Assembly (NCBI RefSeq): GCF_016432865.1
Contig: NC_067403.1
Location: forward strand, 80,848,001 to 80,912,000
Reading direction: 5' to 3'
DNA: 64,000 nt
Origin: Antechinus flavipes
Lineage: Eukaryota
The notes beneath the pieces are model-generated. The model did no database searches. It had not been told where the DNA came from and saw only the letters and a list, made by a program, of their open reading frames with translations. Below are positions 11,991-24,479 of the stretch, piece after piece; position 1 is the first letter of the stretch, and every line of letters starts with the position of its first letter. Made by a program: the position numbers and the translations under genes.

Positions 11991-14900
11991 CATGTGCTTT
12001 GAACTTCCAGCTGGTGCTCATTGGGGAAGTGGGATAGTGGAGGGCCAAAGGCTGAATTGCTTTGGGAGTTAGCAAAGCAGGGCTGAGTAGTTCCTTAATC
12101 TTGTTCTAAGGTATGTGTGGGCTAAGTGAATTTGAATGGCAATTTCTACCTCTAAAATGTTGTGGTTATACAGTTTTTTCTCTGGTGGCTTTTAATAATG
12201 ACCACAAAATTATCATATGTACTATTTATACAACGTATAATTATACCTCCCTATTCACCTTCCTTGATGGGGAGACAGGTGGAGGGGGGGAGAAGGATAG
12301 GACTGTTAGTTATTTGTGAGTCCATTTGAGAGATTTTTGTATGTCTTCTCCCTTATTAGAATTCTGTCTTTATTTGTATTTTCATTGCTTGGTATGCAGT
12401 AAGTGCTTTATAAATATTCATGGACTGACTGATACCAAAAAAAAAAAGATATTGGATAATATGGCTTTTAGACACATCTCTTTGGATTTTTCATTTGATT
12501 TTGTAAGGGGTGCTTTCTACATTGTTACCACTTTCTCATTAAGATTGCTTTAAATAGGTGAATAGAAAAACAAGATAGATATGAAATGAAATGGGCAAAG
12601 GAGAGAATATTCTGGTGGGTTAGAAAGAAATTAGGTGTGCTATTGTCTTGGGTTTATTATAGTTCTCACTGCCCACTTCTCAGAAGTGGGAAGGTAGAAT
12701 AGTTTGAAAGTAAATTAAATGTTACCCATTGTCTTACTTGGAATTCAGAAAAGTTCTTTTGATTTCCTTACATGTGAAGGAACAGTTCTCATTGATGTTA
12801 CAAACAAATACAGCTTTGGGCCAGCCCTTGTTAATGAATAACTTCTTTTGGCCAGAAAGACTTGTAGAACCTCAAGCAAGAATTCCAGTTCTGTTAAGTC
12901 TCTTAGTTTCAAGGGAAAGAATTGTAGTCCAAAAGGCCATGATTTAATCTTGGTGGCCTTGAGAGAGTTATTCCTTCAAATATAGGTGACTGTGGTCCCC
13001 CAAACAGACTTTTCAGAGTCAGAGTCTTTCCCTGGGCTTGGGACATCAGCTGTTTTTCTAACTTGCTCTTTAGGGAAATGTTGAAATGAAGATTTTTGAA
13101 AACTGAAAGAATGGTGAGAGCTTAATATTTGGATCCCTACTTAGGTTCACTAATGCTCTTGTCATTGGCTCCCTTTGATAAATGACTTCTTGAAATGAAT
13201 AATTTTTATAAATTAAACCTGTGAATGGGGAGAGGTCTTTCTCTTTTAGCCCATTTACTGAGAATTTGGATAAACCAGTTTTGGTTTCTGTATGTTTGGG
13301 GTTTGAAAAGGGGACTGATGAATTTGACACAATGAAACTTTATTTAGTATATTTGTTGCGGTCATTGGTTTCATTTATCAAATTGTGTGTGTGTGTCTAA
13401 CAATATGAACATTTTAGAGCAATGTACAACAGTGGAAAGAATGCAGACTCTGTAGAGTCTATAGATCTGTAAGAGTGTTTCACCTGTAGATGAAAGACTT
13501 GGGGTTTAGTCCGCTCTTGATGCTGACTTGGTTGTGTGACCCACTCTCTAATTAGGGAGTTGAATGAAGAAGCTGCTAAGATGCCTCCCCCCCCTATGTC
13601 TTTGATCAAAGACTGAAGATTTATGGCTACCAAGGTGAGTCCTTGTGAGGGCCCAGCTCCTTTATGACTGATTTCATTAATAGGTAAATGATTTCTGCTT
13701 ATCTATTGACTGTTACTCTGGATAGCTGTTGTCATCATAAATCAAAGTTATTCAGGTTTTCTTACGAGTGGACTCTCCTGCTTGACAGGTTGTTGGTTTT
13801 TAAGTGTCTGGTCCAACCCTCTTTTTACTGAAGATGTGAAGCACTTTCTCAAAGTCACACAGCTAATAAGCCGTAGAGCTGGCTTGGGAACCCAAGTTTC
13901 TTGATGCCAAATCCAGTACTATTCTCAATTCATTGGATTGCCTCTATTAAAAAAATACTTGCAGATATTTTTGTTCTCACATTGCCTTCATTTCTCCATA
14001 ATCTTCCCTGTGCCTCTCACAGTCCCTTATAACAAAGAATTAAAAATAAGGAACAGCCAGTTCTGTGAAACAAGCACACAAACCAAGTCTGACTTTATTG
14101 TATGTATCCCATATGCATCAAATAAGTGCCTCCAGTTTCAGCTAGCATTTTCCTATTTTTCTGCATATTTTCCTGCTGTCATCACCTTCACACCTCTACC
14201 TGTTGAAATAATTCTTTCTTTAGAGCCCAATTTAGATACCTCCTTTTCTTTCTCTGAATACTTCTGCTTCCCCCAACTACTTCCCCTTTGCATCTGTTCC
14301 CCTCAAATTTTAAGAGTATTTTGTCATGATTCATCTTTTATCCATATTATACTCTTTTGTCTAGTAATTGTAGACAGGTTATGCAGCCCTCTTCTCAATT
14401 ATAGACAAGTTCCTTGAGAATGAGGATGGACTTTTGCATATGTGTGTGTGTATGTATGTGTGTATAAAATGTGAATATATACACATATGTACATATATAC
14501 ATACAGACATACCAGCCTATATGTAATCTACGTATCTAAATCTATTTAGGTAGATACCATGTATACAAATAGATGTTTTATTTGACCTCACAGCCAGATT
14601 AAAGCAAAAACTGGGTGTGGAGATTTACTAGAATTTGGTATTTGAGAAGTTACTTTAAATAAGAGCTTTATTATTAGTTGGAACAGCAAAGAAGCAAAGA
14701 AGGAAAAGAAAAGGGAGCACCTCAGTGTTCTTATTTGTAAAAAGGGTAGAATCTGTAAGATACTTCCAGTTCTGAATCTATGACTATTATCAAGATCTAA
14801 AAAATAAAATACTATAGATGAAGAAACTGAAGCTCAAGGGATGAAATGATTTTTATTATTGTTATAATCCCAGTTTTTAGTCCTGGTGCTTTAACCCCAA

Positions 14901-15599
14901 GATCTCTTGTCTAGCATGTCCAGTACTCTATCCATTTTGCCAAGTCACTTCCACTAAAGGCAGTAGCTGTTTAATTTGTTTTCCCACCTCCTATATGTCT
15001 CTGGTCCAGTCCATCCCATATATTGCTGTCTGAATTATATTTCTAAAGCACACCTTTGATCGTGTCATCCCCTTTAATGATCCTTTATTGTATAATCTGA
15101 ATATCCCCTATAATGTTTGGCAAATTTAAGGCATCCCATTTACTTTTTGGACAGCTCTGATTTTCAGATGCTTTTCTTTGTAATAAGTCCTTGCTGTAAA
15201 TATTCTGGGAGTTGCTTCGCTTGGCATAATATTACTTACATATAGAAAGACAGACCTCACTTCCTATAGTTGATATCTTTTGTTTAGATCTGAATTCTGT
15301 CCTTTAGGACCAAACATCAAGTCTATATGTAATCTACATATCTAAATCTATTTAGATTTGTAGATTCTATAATCTTTAGTCTTTAATACTTCATGTTTCC
15401 CCATGATAGATAAAGCTTTTTGGCTATTTGATGATGCAAGTCAGATCACCTTCCACCAACTTCCCTTCAGCTTTTCTCTTGGTAGAAAAAATTTTGTACC
15501 TCTTAACTCACTCAGCTTTCTCATAACCTTATTCATTCGGTCCTTTGAAAGAATGGACTTTAGCATACATAGTATTTCTATTTTTTATTTGCTATAAAT

Positions 15600-15745
15600 A
15601 ATTTATTATTTTATAAAATTTCAATAGTATTTTATTTTTTCCAATTTCATGTAAGTGATTTTCATAATTAATTTTTATAAGATTTTTGAGTTCCAAATTT
15701 TTTTCTCCCTCCTTCACCTAAAGACAGCAAGCAATCTGACATAAT
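15600..15745 (-). mobile_element. Marsupial L1 3' end fragment
   Basis: ttttattttttccaatttcatgtaa...taagatttttgagttccaaattttt...aagacagcaagcaatctga. Confidence 0.75.
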
Positions 15746-15809
15746 AATTCTTTGATTGACCAGGTTTTTTCCCTCCAATAACTGTAACTTTTATTTGCTT
15801 TTGGGATTT

Positions 15810-16558
15810 TGTTGGAATCCTTACAAAGTGTTAAGTCATTAGAATTGATAGAGACAATGATTATCTAATTTAGCATGGTTCAGTATGATTGATCTGATCT
15901 TACAGGGAGATGTTATGAGCCAGAACTTGAAATAATGTGATAACTCAATGGAATTGATAGAAACAGTGTTTGTGTGCTTGGGTTTGCACCTTTGAGAGTT
16001 CACACATTAGCTCACACACATTACTTCACAAATTTGGAAGATTCACAAGTGTTCACAAGTATGGGAGATACACAAAGTTAGCTTTGTAATTTTGTGAATT
16101 CACACCTCCCATAATCCCACTCTCGGAGGAGGAATCAACCTTTGAGAGAGCATAAAAAGGACCTGAGTCAGTGAAGTCCGTGAGTTCAGAAGATTGCCAA
16201 GAGTCGGAGTTGAGCTAGAACCAGAAGCTGTTAGAGGCAAAAGGTTAGCAACGAGAGCTCTTGGAACCAAAGAAAGCTCAAGTGAGTTCAGTTAAGGAGA
16301 TTGACAAGCTAGAGACTGCAGTCAAAGCTGCAAGAGCTCTTGGAACCAAGGAGGGAGAAAGGCCTCTAAGAAAGCTAGCCAGGCCCAAGGAAAGAGACAA
16401 GACTTGTAAGGAGAAAATAAACGTTTGGATTTTATCAGCTGGCTGCATTTGAGGTGATTATTACTCTGACCTGAAAACTAAGGCTGCCTCCAGAAAACCT
16501 TCCCAAGAAACCTGCTTTCAGAGAACCATCATATATTATAAAAAAGAACACCACCACA
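15810..16558 (+). mobile_element. Solo LTR of an endogenous retrovirus (749 bp), probably class II/ERVK-like, dasyurid-type
   Basis: Starts TGTTGG and ends ACCACA (TG...CA). Perfect 6-bp target-site duplication GGATTT at 15804-15809 and 16559-16564. TATA-like CATAAAA at 16151, AATAAA at 16416-16421, and an internal exact 17-bp repeat AGAGCTCTTGGAACCAA at 16254 and 16333. Confidence 0.9.
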
Positions 16559-16999
16559 GGATTTATCCGTATCTTACCATATGAATAAGTAAATAAACAA
16601 GTATTTGACTACTGCTTGCACATATAGAACTGATTCAAAGGTTTATTTTCCCACTTCCTAAATGATGTCCAATTTGTAGCAACTCATGAATACTACAAAG
16701 CTAAATTAATAGGTTGAAGCAACAAAAGGGATATTTCTCACAGCTCACTACTTATTCCTTTTTTTTTCTTTAAAGTATTATTATTATTGGAGAGATGAAG
16801 GAATCATTCACACCAGGAAAGGACAAGAGCAGTTACAAATATAAAAAATAGATTCTTAAGGTACTTCCTGTATTCACCTAGGCAGTCATTGGTTGAGTGA
16901 ATGAATAAATGAATGAATGGTTGGCTTGGAGGCTGGGAAGTCTTAATGGCTCAGCCACAGCCCCACTTTGCTCTGGTTCCTTTTCTCTGATAGGGCTCT

Positions 17000-17206
17000 T
17001 GAGTCATCTGTACTTATTAGTCATTCCTACAGTTGGCCTGTTTTCTTTGATTGTTGCAATAGCACTTAGTCATCGCCCTTCTCCGGCTCACCTTTTCCAG
17101 GGACTCTACCTTGTAGCGAGGTTACTCTTGTGTGTACCTTTTCGAAGGCCTCCCTGTCGAGACCCTGACTTTCTTACACTACCTTAGTCACTCCTAAAAT
17201 GACTCA
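17000..17206. promoter_or_regulatory. Putative enhancer: homotypic AP-1 site cluster
   Basis: TGAGTCA at 17000, TTAGTCA at 17017, 17066 and 17184, TGACTCA at 17200, a C/EBP-like TGTTGCAAT and five retained CpGs. Function is inferred only. Confidence 0.45.
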
Positions 17207-17758
17207 TCTGCTTGTTGTGTGAAGTCTAAGTGGGACTAGGCTTGAACTGGAGGTGGGGAAATTTTCCAAGTTTTTGTTTGATTGTTTTGCCTTTGATGCT
17301 TTGGTGTCTTAAGGATTCTCCTAGATAGAAATGTTGGGTTTTTCTGAACATTTCCAAAGTATTTTCTGTGGTACAGTAGATAGTTGCATCAAGCCACAGG
17401 ATTTGGGGGTGGGGTGGGGGAGAAGGAGGAAAGTCCAGATGAACAGTGATTTCAGGAGGTTTATTTTCTGTCGCCTTTGTAAAGGAAGGCTTCCCAAAGC
17501 TTTAGAAGGGGAATGTTATTTTAAAACTGGAAGGGGGAGAAATGTAGGTAGAAAGTAATTCAGGGTTTGAGTGGGAGGAAACCATAACAATGTGCAAGAG
17601 AGAGAGAGAGACTCTGGGGGAGGTCTTCAAAGATGGTGGGATAGGGACGCACCTTCGGGTGGTGTGTGCTCTTGTCTCTCCTGTGAGTTCATCAGGGCAT
17701 AGGACTTCCAAGTAGGCAGGAAAAGCCTTCTCTGGAACTGGAATACAATTGTCTGGGT

Positions 17759-17903
17759 CAGGGCTTCTTAAACTCTTTTCCTTAAAACCTGAGAAACTTT
17801 GTGACCCCAGGTACATAGGTAGAAATAAGCCATTATTTTGTGACCCCCACAAGCAATTATGAGATTCCATGTAGGGTTATGAGCCACAGTTTAAAAAAAC
17901 CAG
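17759..17903. mobile_element. hAT-Charlie-like MITE
   Basis: Starts CAGGGCTTCTTAAAC, has repeated gtgacccc motifs and a degenerate gtttaaaaaaaccag end. Confidence 0.55.
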
Positions 17904-19227
17904 ACTGAGAGAACTGAGAGGCTCCCAAAGCCAGGATGTCTGAAGCAGAACTTGCACCTGGGCCTAACCCTGCTTCTTGTGCAGAAAACAGAGAACCATC
18001 TCACCTTTATGCCTCCCAACACTTGGGGTTGAGGAAAGCCTGAGGAACTCTTCTCCGAATGTTCTCAGACAACTGAAGAAAATGTTCAATTTCAGAGCTT
18101 AGTAAAAATAAAAGTAATTCTTTCTTCTTTTTTTCCTCTTCAAATTCACAGACTTCAGTTTAAAAACCTGGGCTTTTCTGTTACACTGTAGCTAAAGGGA
18201 TGGTAGGGTTGGCCCAGAGTAACTTGTGAAGCGGAGATAAGAAGCAGAGCCTTTTTTGCTTTGTCCTTCCTTTCTTCCCTCCCTCCCTTCCTCCCTCTTT
18301 CCTTCTGACCTAAGCAGCAAGCCCTGACAGGCCCCACCAAACTACAGCGACTATTAGTATGGCTCAGTAACAGATGTGTCCAAGGACAGGCTGGTCTGAA
18401 ATCCGGAGCAGCTCTTCTCCAGCTTGGCCATATGCTGACGGGCGTTTTTTGCGGGTGGCAGCACACACTCTCTCATTGTTCAGCGTTTGTGATCTTCGTT
18501 AGCTGAGGAATACTCTGTGTGATCCACAGAAAACCAATTGGAGGAATATGGTGCTGAGGGGAAAATGTATCATGCTTTAGGAAAGCTGGGGAAAAAATTG
18601 GGGAAGTTTCTGCCCTAAGTACAAAATTTCTAAAATGTTTAAAGACATATTGCCTGTGTATGTGCGTATGAGATATATGTATGTATGAGATACATCACAT
18701 GTATAACATTTTCTGCAGTAGACTTAACTGTGAACATGTAGAAAAGGCAAAAAATCTTGCATTTAATATCAGCTTTAACAAGGTAAAAGCAATGAATTAA
18801 ACAGTAAGCAAAGAAAATGCTTTTATTTGAGCTCTATCTACGATAGTTCTGCCAGCTCTGACTTTGAGCTAATTTTTTTTCCTACATTGTTTTAAAATGC
18901 AGATTTGGGTATTTTATGTTTATGTTGAAAATTATAATCTGATTTAGTATTTACTTGTATATTTCATGTCTTTTAAAAAGCAACAAGAGCAGTCAGAGTT
19001 TTGACAGTGAGAGAGGTATGCGAGAACCTCTACAATTTAGGCTTCCTTGGAGTTCATATTGGGATCAGAATATCATAGCTTTAGAGCTTTAAAGGTCATT
19101 GAGTTCCATTTTATAGATGTGGAAATTGAGGTTCAGAGAGGTTTGCAAGATTCTTACAGTTATTTTTTGTTTTTAATTTCTCTGTATGGAAAATGTTAGG
19201 TGAGAGAAGAGACTTTTTTCATGATTT

Positions 19228-19786
19228 ATTGTTCAGTTCAGTTGTTTTTCAGATATGTCTGACCTTTTGTGGTCCCATGTAGGGGTTTTCCTGGCAGAGA
19301 TACTGGAGTAGTTTACCATTTCCTTCTTCAGCTCATTTTACAGTTAGGGAAACTGAGGCAAACAGGGTTATGGGACTTGCCCAGGGTCACACAGCTAGTG
19401 TCTGAGGCCAGATTTGACCTTTATTCTTGAATAGTATCATGATCTCAGGAAGGGGATGCCATGACATAGGTGAATTGGATTGAAGTGAGGGAGTGTTGGG
19501 CAAGGTCCCCAGCCTCACTGTTCCCTCCCAGAGCCATCTGGGTCCAGTGGCCAGAGAGAGATCAGGAGACTGGAGGTGGCCCTGGAAGCAGGGGGAGAAC
19601 TTTCTAAGCTCAGATCTTCCTCGAGTTTCAGCTTGCCTGAGACTGCACTCTATCAGTGATTTAGGTTAGATAGCAATAGGGGCAAATGACCTCTTTGATC
19701 CAGTCAGAAGTTAAAAATGAATAAATAAATCTGGAACCAGGGAGAACTCCGGGCCTGGTACTCTATCCACTGCACTACCTAGCTGA
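19228..19786 (-). mobile_element. MAR1-type CORE-SINE split by the MdoRep1-like insertion
   Basis: The tail and core lie at 19228-19420 (gatactggagtagtttaccatttccttc...gaaactgaggca...ttgcccagggtcacacagctag). The tRNA-like head resumes at about 19741-19786 (ctctatccactgcactacctagctg). Confidence 0.8.
19425..19745 (+). mobile_element. MdoRep1-like repeat nested inside a MAR1 SINE
   Basis: gatgccatgacat...gaattggattgaagtgaggg...agagccatctgggtccagtggcc; homologous to the copies at 32446 and 2885. Confidence 0.7.
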
Positions 19787-21645
19787 TTGTCATGATTTAT
19801 ATTCTTTTCATAATGGTTTTTGCTGCCTCTTCTCTGTCAAATGCTGCATAAAAACCAGTTGAAATTAGTTAGTTGCAAAGAGAATGAGGAAATGATAGGT
19901 ATATTTTTGACTTATCTTTTGAACATAAAGTTTTCTCCTTTGGTAAAATATCTTCTATTAAATTTCGATTAGCTTTTGGGTTTTGTGATGCATTTCCCTC
20001 TTCCCTATCTGTCTTTAAACTTACCACTTGTGAGTGTGGAATTAGAGAGAGTGATTCCAATAAAAGGGAAAGGAAGCCAGAGATAAGATGCTCCAGTGGA
20101 AGGATAACTTAACTGGCTTTGGGGTCTCAGTCCCCAGATTAAAATCTGATAACCTCTCCTACCACATTCTACTCTTGGTTATCTGTAAAAGGAGTGGGTT
20201 GCACCAGACGACCTCTGAGGTCTTGGATCCTAAATTGATTATCAGACTATTAAACTTGCTAGTCATCTGTGGATCCTAGGACTGTATAAATCCTACACTT
20301 ACAGGAGGACTCTATATTAGAATTTTAATAATGGAAGGGACCCAGAGTTACAGGCTCCTAGATTGTGGCAAAGACCTCAGAAGCCGTCTACCCTCTTCCC
20401 TCTCATTTTATGTATGAGAAAACTAGCTTAACTCTGGCCCTATAATTACCAAACCATTAGCCTTTTCATTCTGTCACACTGCCTACCTGGTTTCTAACTC
20501 TTTCCTTTTAGTAATAAAGAAACTGAATTTTAGAGAAGTTTGAAGTGTTTTGAATGACTCATGCAGGGGCATATAACTAGTTTGTGACAGCTTAGACTAT
20601 ACCCTAATTAAAAGTCTCATTTGGGGAACTCCATTTCTTAAAACTGTTTGTATTTTGTGGTGCTTTTCTACTGATGGAAGCTCTGAAAATCATTAAGATC
20701 TGTTTTCATTTCCTGTAATTTCGGGAAGTTCATTTTATGGTGTGTGAAAAGAGAGGATACAGAGCTTGAAAAGGGAAAGCTATTTTAGTACTAGAAGGGA
20801 GAGTTTGGAGGGGAACTAGTTCATTTGATATTGGTGAGAAAAAAAACCTCAAATAGTGATGCAAGGGAACCAGGGAGGTGGGAAGAAACAGGAAGTCCGT
20901 AAAAAAGAGGAATCTAAGTTTTAGAAATATTTGAGGTGACATGGCCAGCCCCTGAGGAGGGGGAGGAGGAAGGCCATGGTAATCAGTTATTTCGAAGGGC
21001 ATTTATAGGTCAAAAGGAGAATTAAGCTAGAAGAGAAGTTATTTCTGAGAATAGTGGTGGTTATAGAACACTTCTTGTGTAGCAATAGCATACTAATCTT
21101 GAATCAGAGCTATTGATTGTTGCTTATTTTGGAAAGGAAATAAACTACCTCTTTATTCTGGCAATCAAGGCCTTCAGCCTACTCTTCTGCCTTACTGCCC
21201 AATATTATCCTATGTCTACAGTTTATGTGAGCCAGACTGGGATACTTGATTTCTTTGAATAATTTGTAATCATTCCATTTTTTTGCCTAATTCTTTGTTC
21301 TCCTAGTTTCCAACCAGAATTCTCTTCCTTTCCTTCTTTAACATTGTACTTATTGAACTCATATATTATTAAAACTCCAGTCTGATTCCTAACTGTTAAA
21401 TGGTTCTTATCCTGACCTTGATATCCCAGCCATGATAATCCTTTCCACTTAATACTGCCCTAGGACTAGTACCAGGACTTTAGTAATGAATCATTGCATT
21501 CAATGATGTGTCTCTTAAATTTTGTTATTCTTCATTGAGCATAGATATAGCAAGCATCTAGCTCACTAGATAGTAAGCTCCTTGAGGGTAGGAATGCAAG
21601 TAAACATGTCTATGTTACTCATGTGGAAGAAGTTATTATAAATTA

Positions 21646-21974
21646 TAGTTATCCCTTCCACATCATGGGACATAGCATCCCTCTCTTGATCTGAAAAGTC
21701 CTTGTAAAAATTTTTTTTGGTCCTCCCTTTGTACCAGAGAAGAAATCTGAATTATTATGGTATTAAAAGGTTAAATATTTTGATATTGTGCAATACTATA
21801 TATATTTGTGCATTTTTCAGTTTCTTAGCTTTTTCTACATTGTCTTGCTGGCTTTTGCTTGTCATCTGTGGCTTCCACAAAATTCCTCCTCCATTATCCC
21901 ATTTAATTTCTTATGCTGACCTGTGATATATCAAAAATGTGCTGGGGAATGTTGTGATATGGAAGGGATAACTA
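21646..21974. mobile_element. Non-autonomous Tc1/mariner (Tigger-like) MITE, about 330 bp
   Basis: Terminal inverted repeats TAGTTATCCCTTCCA(C/T)ATCA at both ends (18 of 19 match), in a TA-rich context, with no ORF. Confidence 0.8.
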
Positions 21975-24479
21975 TCATTTATTAAATGAATGATAGTTTG
22001 AGACCTAATAAGAACAAGAAGTTGAGGAATAATATAATGTTGTTTACTTGGGAGTGAGCATAGCTGAGCTCTAATTCCAGCTTTGCTTCTGATTTGGAAA
22101 AGTTATATTATTGCTTGTCTAGCTATAAAATGGGTTTTTGAGTTTTCCTTCAAGTTTGATCTTCAATTTTTAAATTTGTTGTTTTAAGTGTTTTCACCTT
22201 TATGTCTCAAAAAGGAGATAACAATTTTCCCGAATCATATGGCTAGAAGGGAAGGTCCAGCCATCTATTTCCTTTAGCAAGATAAAATCCACTACTCAGA
22301 AGATTGTTGTCTTCAGAGATGAAGTGCCCACAGTTTGTCTTGATAAAGTCACTGCAATGTTTAAGCTCCCTGGAAGTCAGGATGTTGTGAAATGTTTTTG
22401 TCCTGTCCAACTGAGATCTCATCTGTTTAAACTTGTATCCATTTATATTTGCTTGGGCTTCTGAAATCAGGTCCCTTATAAAAATCCTACAGGTACTAAA
22501 AAACTGTGGGATCACCTCTTAAACTTCCCTCTTTTAGTTCTCTGATGATTAGATCAGGATCTTCCAATAAAATATCCAAGTTACTAGTTGCTCAAATCCT
22601 TTCTTTTCATTTGAATGTTGTAGATTAATTAATTTGCTTCCTCGTATCCAGATCGTTCCTCAACTTGCCAGATTTGCTCGCTGGGAAGAGAGGGGTTCTG
22701 ATGAGAAAAACTGTTCATTTAACCAACAAATTTTATCTTTAGGACCTCCAAACACTCTTCTCTTGATTCTTCCTCATGCTTAGGCAACCTTGTTGATCTC
22801 TTGCCCAAGCAACAGGTTGTTAAATTCTATGTTAAAAATTCATTCAAATAAATTCAAAGTAAGGAAAATTTAAAAAAATGCTTCTAATTAAAAGGTTGGG
22901 AAACTTTCCTTTTGTCTGCATACTTTCACCTTTTAACTTTTTATCACAGAAGCCATCTGGTCTCTTCCTGATTATCTTGGTAGCCCTTTGAAATATCTCT
23001 CCTTTCCATCTCCCTTTAATAAACTGTCCTCATTGCTGTTCGGAGTGGACAGATGTAAACTGAGGAGACTGCAGCCTGACCCTTCAGTGCCCTTTTTCAC
23101 TTAACATAAACCAGGATTGTTGATGGCGTTTTTCCAGGTGGCTTCTGCTGTTGATTTGCACTTAGCTTATGGTCAGCTGTAGAATCTTAAAGTCCTTATA
23201 AAGGGGGAAGGGACTTTAGAGGTCTTTGTGGTACCAGTGAGTGGAGTCAGAGGATGAGGGTTCCAATCATTTGTCCCATTACTTATGAGACCTCGACTAA
23301 CCAACTGGCTTGAGTTTCCTCCTCTATAAAAATGTATGGCTTTAACTAGCTTGACTTTTGGAGTATCATTCCCTTTATATCCGTGATCCTCTGATTCTAC
23401 TACAATTCCTGTATGCTCAAGGTTGCAAAGCAAATCAAAAGGCTATGAAAGAGTCACCTTTCTGTTTTATATATATAATATATATACTCCATTCATTCTC
23501 TCTTATTTTTAGGTTGTCATTAGTGTTTATAGGTTTTTCTCTCAAAACTTTAAAGATATTAATAATGAGAATGCTTCTATTTTGAACATATGGAGATGTT
23601 TGAATAAGAATACTTTTGAAATAGTCCTAATTAATTTTTCCAAAAGCAAAACCAAAAGGGTAGGTGATTTTGATGAAATGGCAATTTCTTGCCTTAATAG
23701 AAAAAGAGCTAAGTTACCCTTTGGCCTATTCTTCTCCATGTTTAAAACTTCAGACCAATCACAATATGATATTCTTATTTAATCTTTCTGCAAAAATACA
23801 GTGCTAACCAGTGTAATACATCTGAAAAATGGTTACATCAGGTCTTGTGCTTTTTTGGACTTTTCATTAGGCCTGTTATTTTATAGGAAGAGAATGTACA
23901 ATTATGACCCATAGTATCACTGACCTTTGAAGAAATGCCAAGTAGTAAACCAACAATGAGGAAGAAAGAGGAAAAAAAATTGAAGACTTTAAATTAGTAA
24001 ATGGTCTAGAAATGTCAGTATTTTAACAAAAAATATTAGCAGCTGTGATTGCAAAAGTTCTTTTTTTTTATAAAATAGATTGTCATATTGACCACATTTA
24101 CATTTCTTCCAGGTAAAATGTCTTAAAAAGAGCTTAATGTCAAAATCATATGTCTTAACTATATTCCCTAAAATAGTAAGCTTGCTATATTAACCCTATT
24201 AAATTTAGTCCCTTTCTTAGAATATCATTACTCTAATTTGACATTATGAATTTCATGCCTATTTTGAGTGTCATTGATTATCAAGTATATAGCTTTTTCT
24301 CTAACTTGTCAGTGAATGCCGAACAATAAAAATAAAAAACATTTTATTGTGTTTTCATACCTGAAATTCTGTCTGTCTATTGGAATCTACCTATTAGAAT
24401 CCTTCCATTATTTCAGAGCCAACTGAACTGTCATCTATAGTGCTTCTTCCACCCCATTCCTAAATTACTTTATATATCA

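Noticed and set aside
13070-13330. 86-aa minus-strand ORF considered as a possible retroelement or viral fragment
   Set aside because: No motif of RT, integrase, gag, L1 ORF1 or RNA-virus proteins was recognised. A BLASTp or HMM search would be needed to rescue it.
13938-14417. 159-aa ORF
   Set aside because: TTG start, low-complexity F/L/S/I composition, overlaps decayed LINE fragments, and has no recognisable domain.
16254-16349. 17-bp direct repeat with a 79-bp period (superficially CRISPR-like)
   Set aside because: Only two copies, inside a retroviral LTR in a mammalian genome. It is an ordinary LTR internal duplication.
22243-22515. 90-aa ORF and an open + frame in unique-looking sequence
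   Set aside because: No homology recognised, no matching splice architecture, and the length is within chance expectation.
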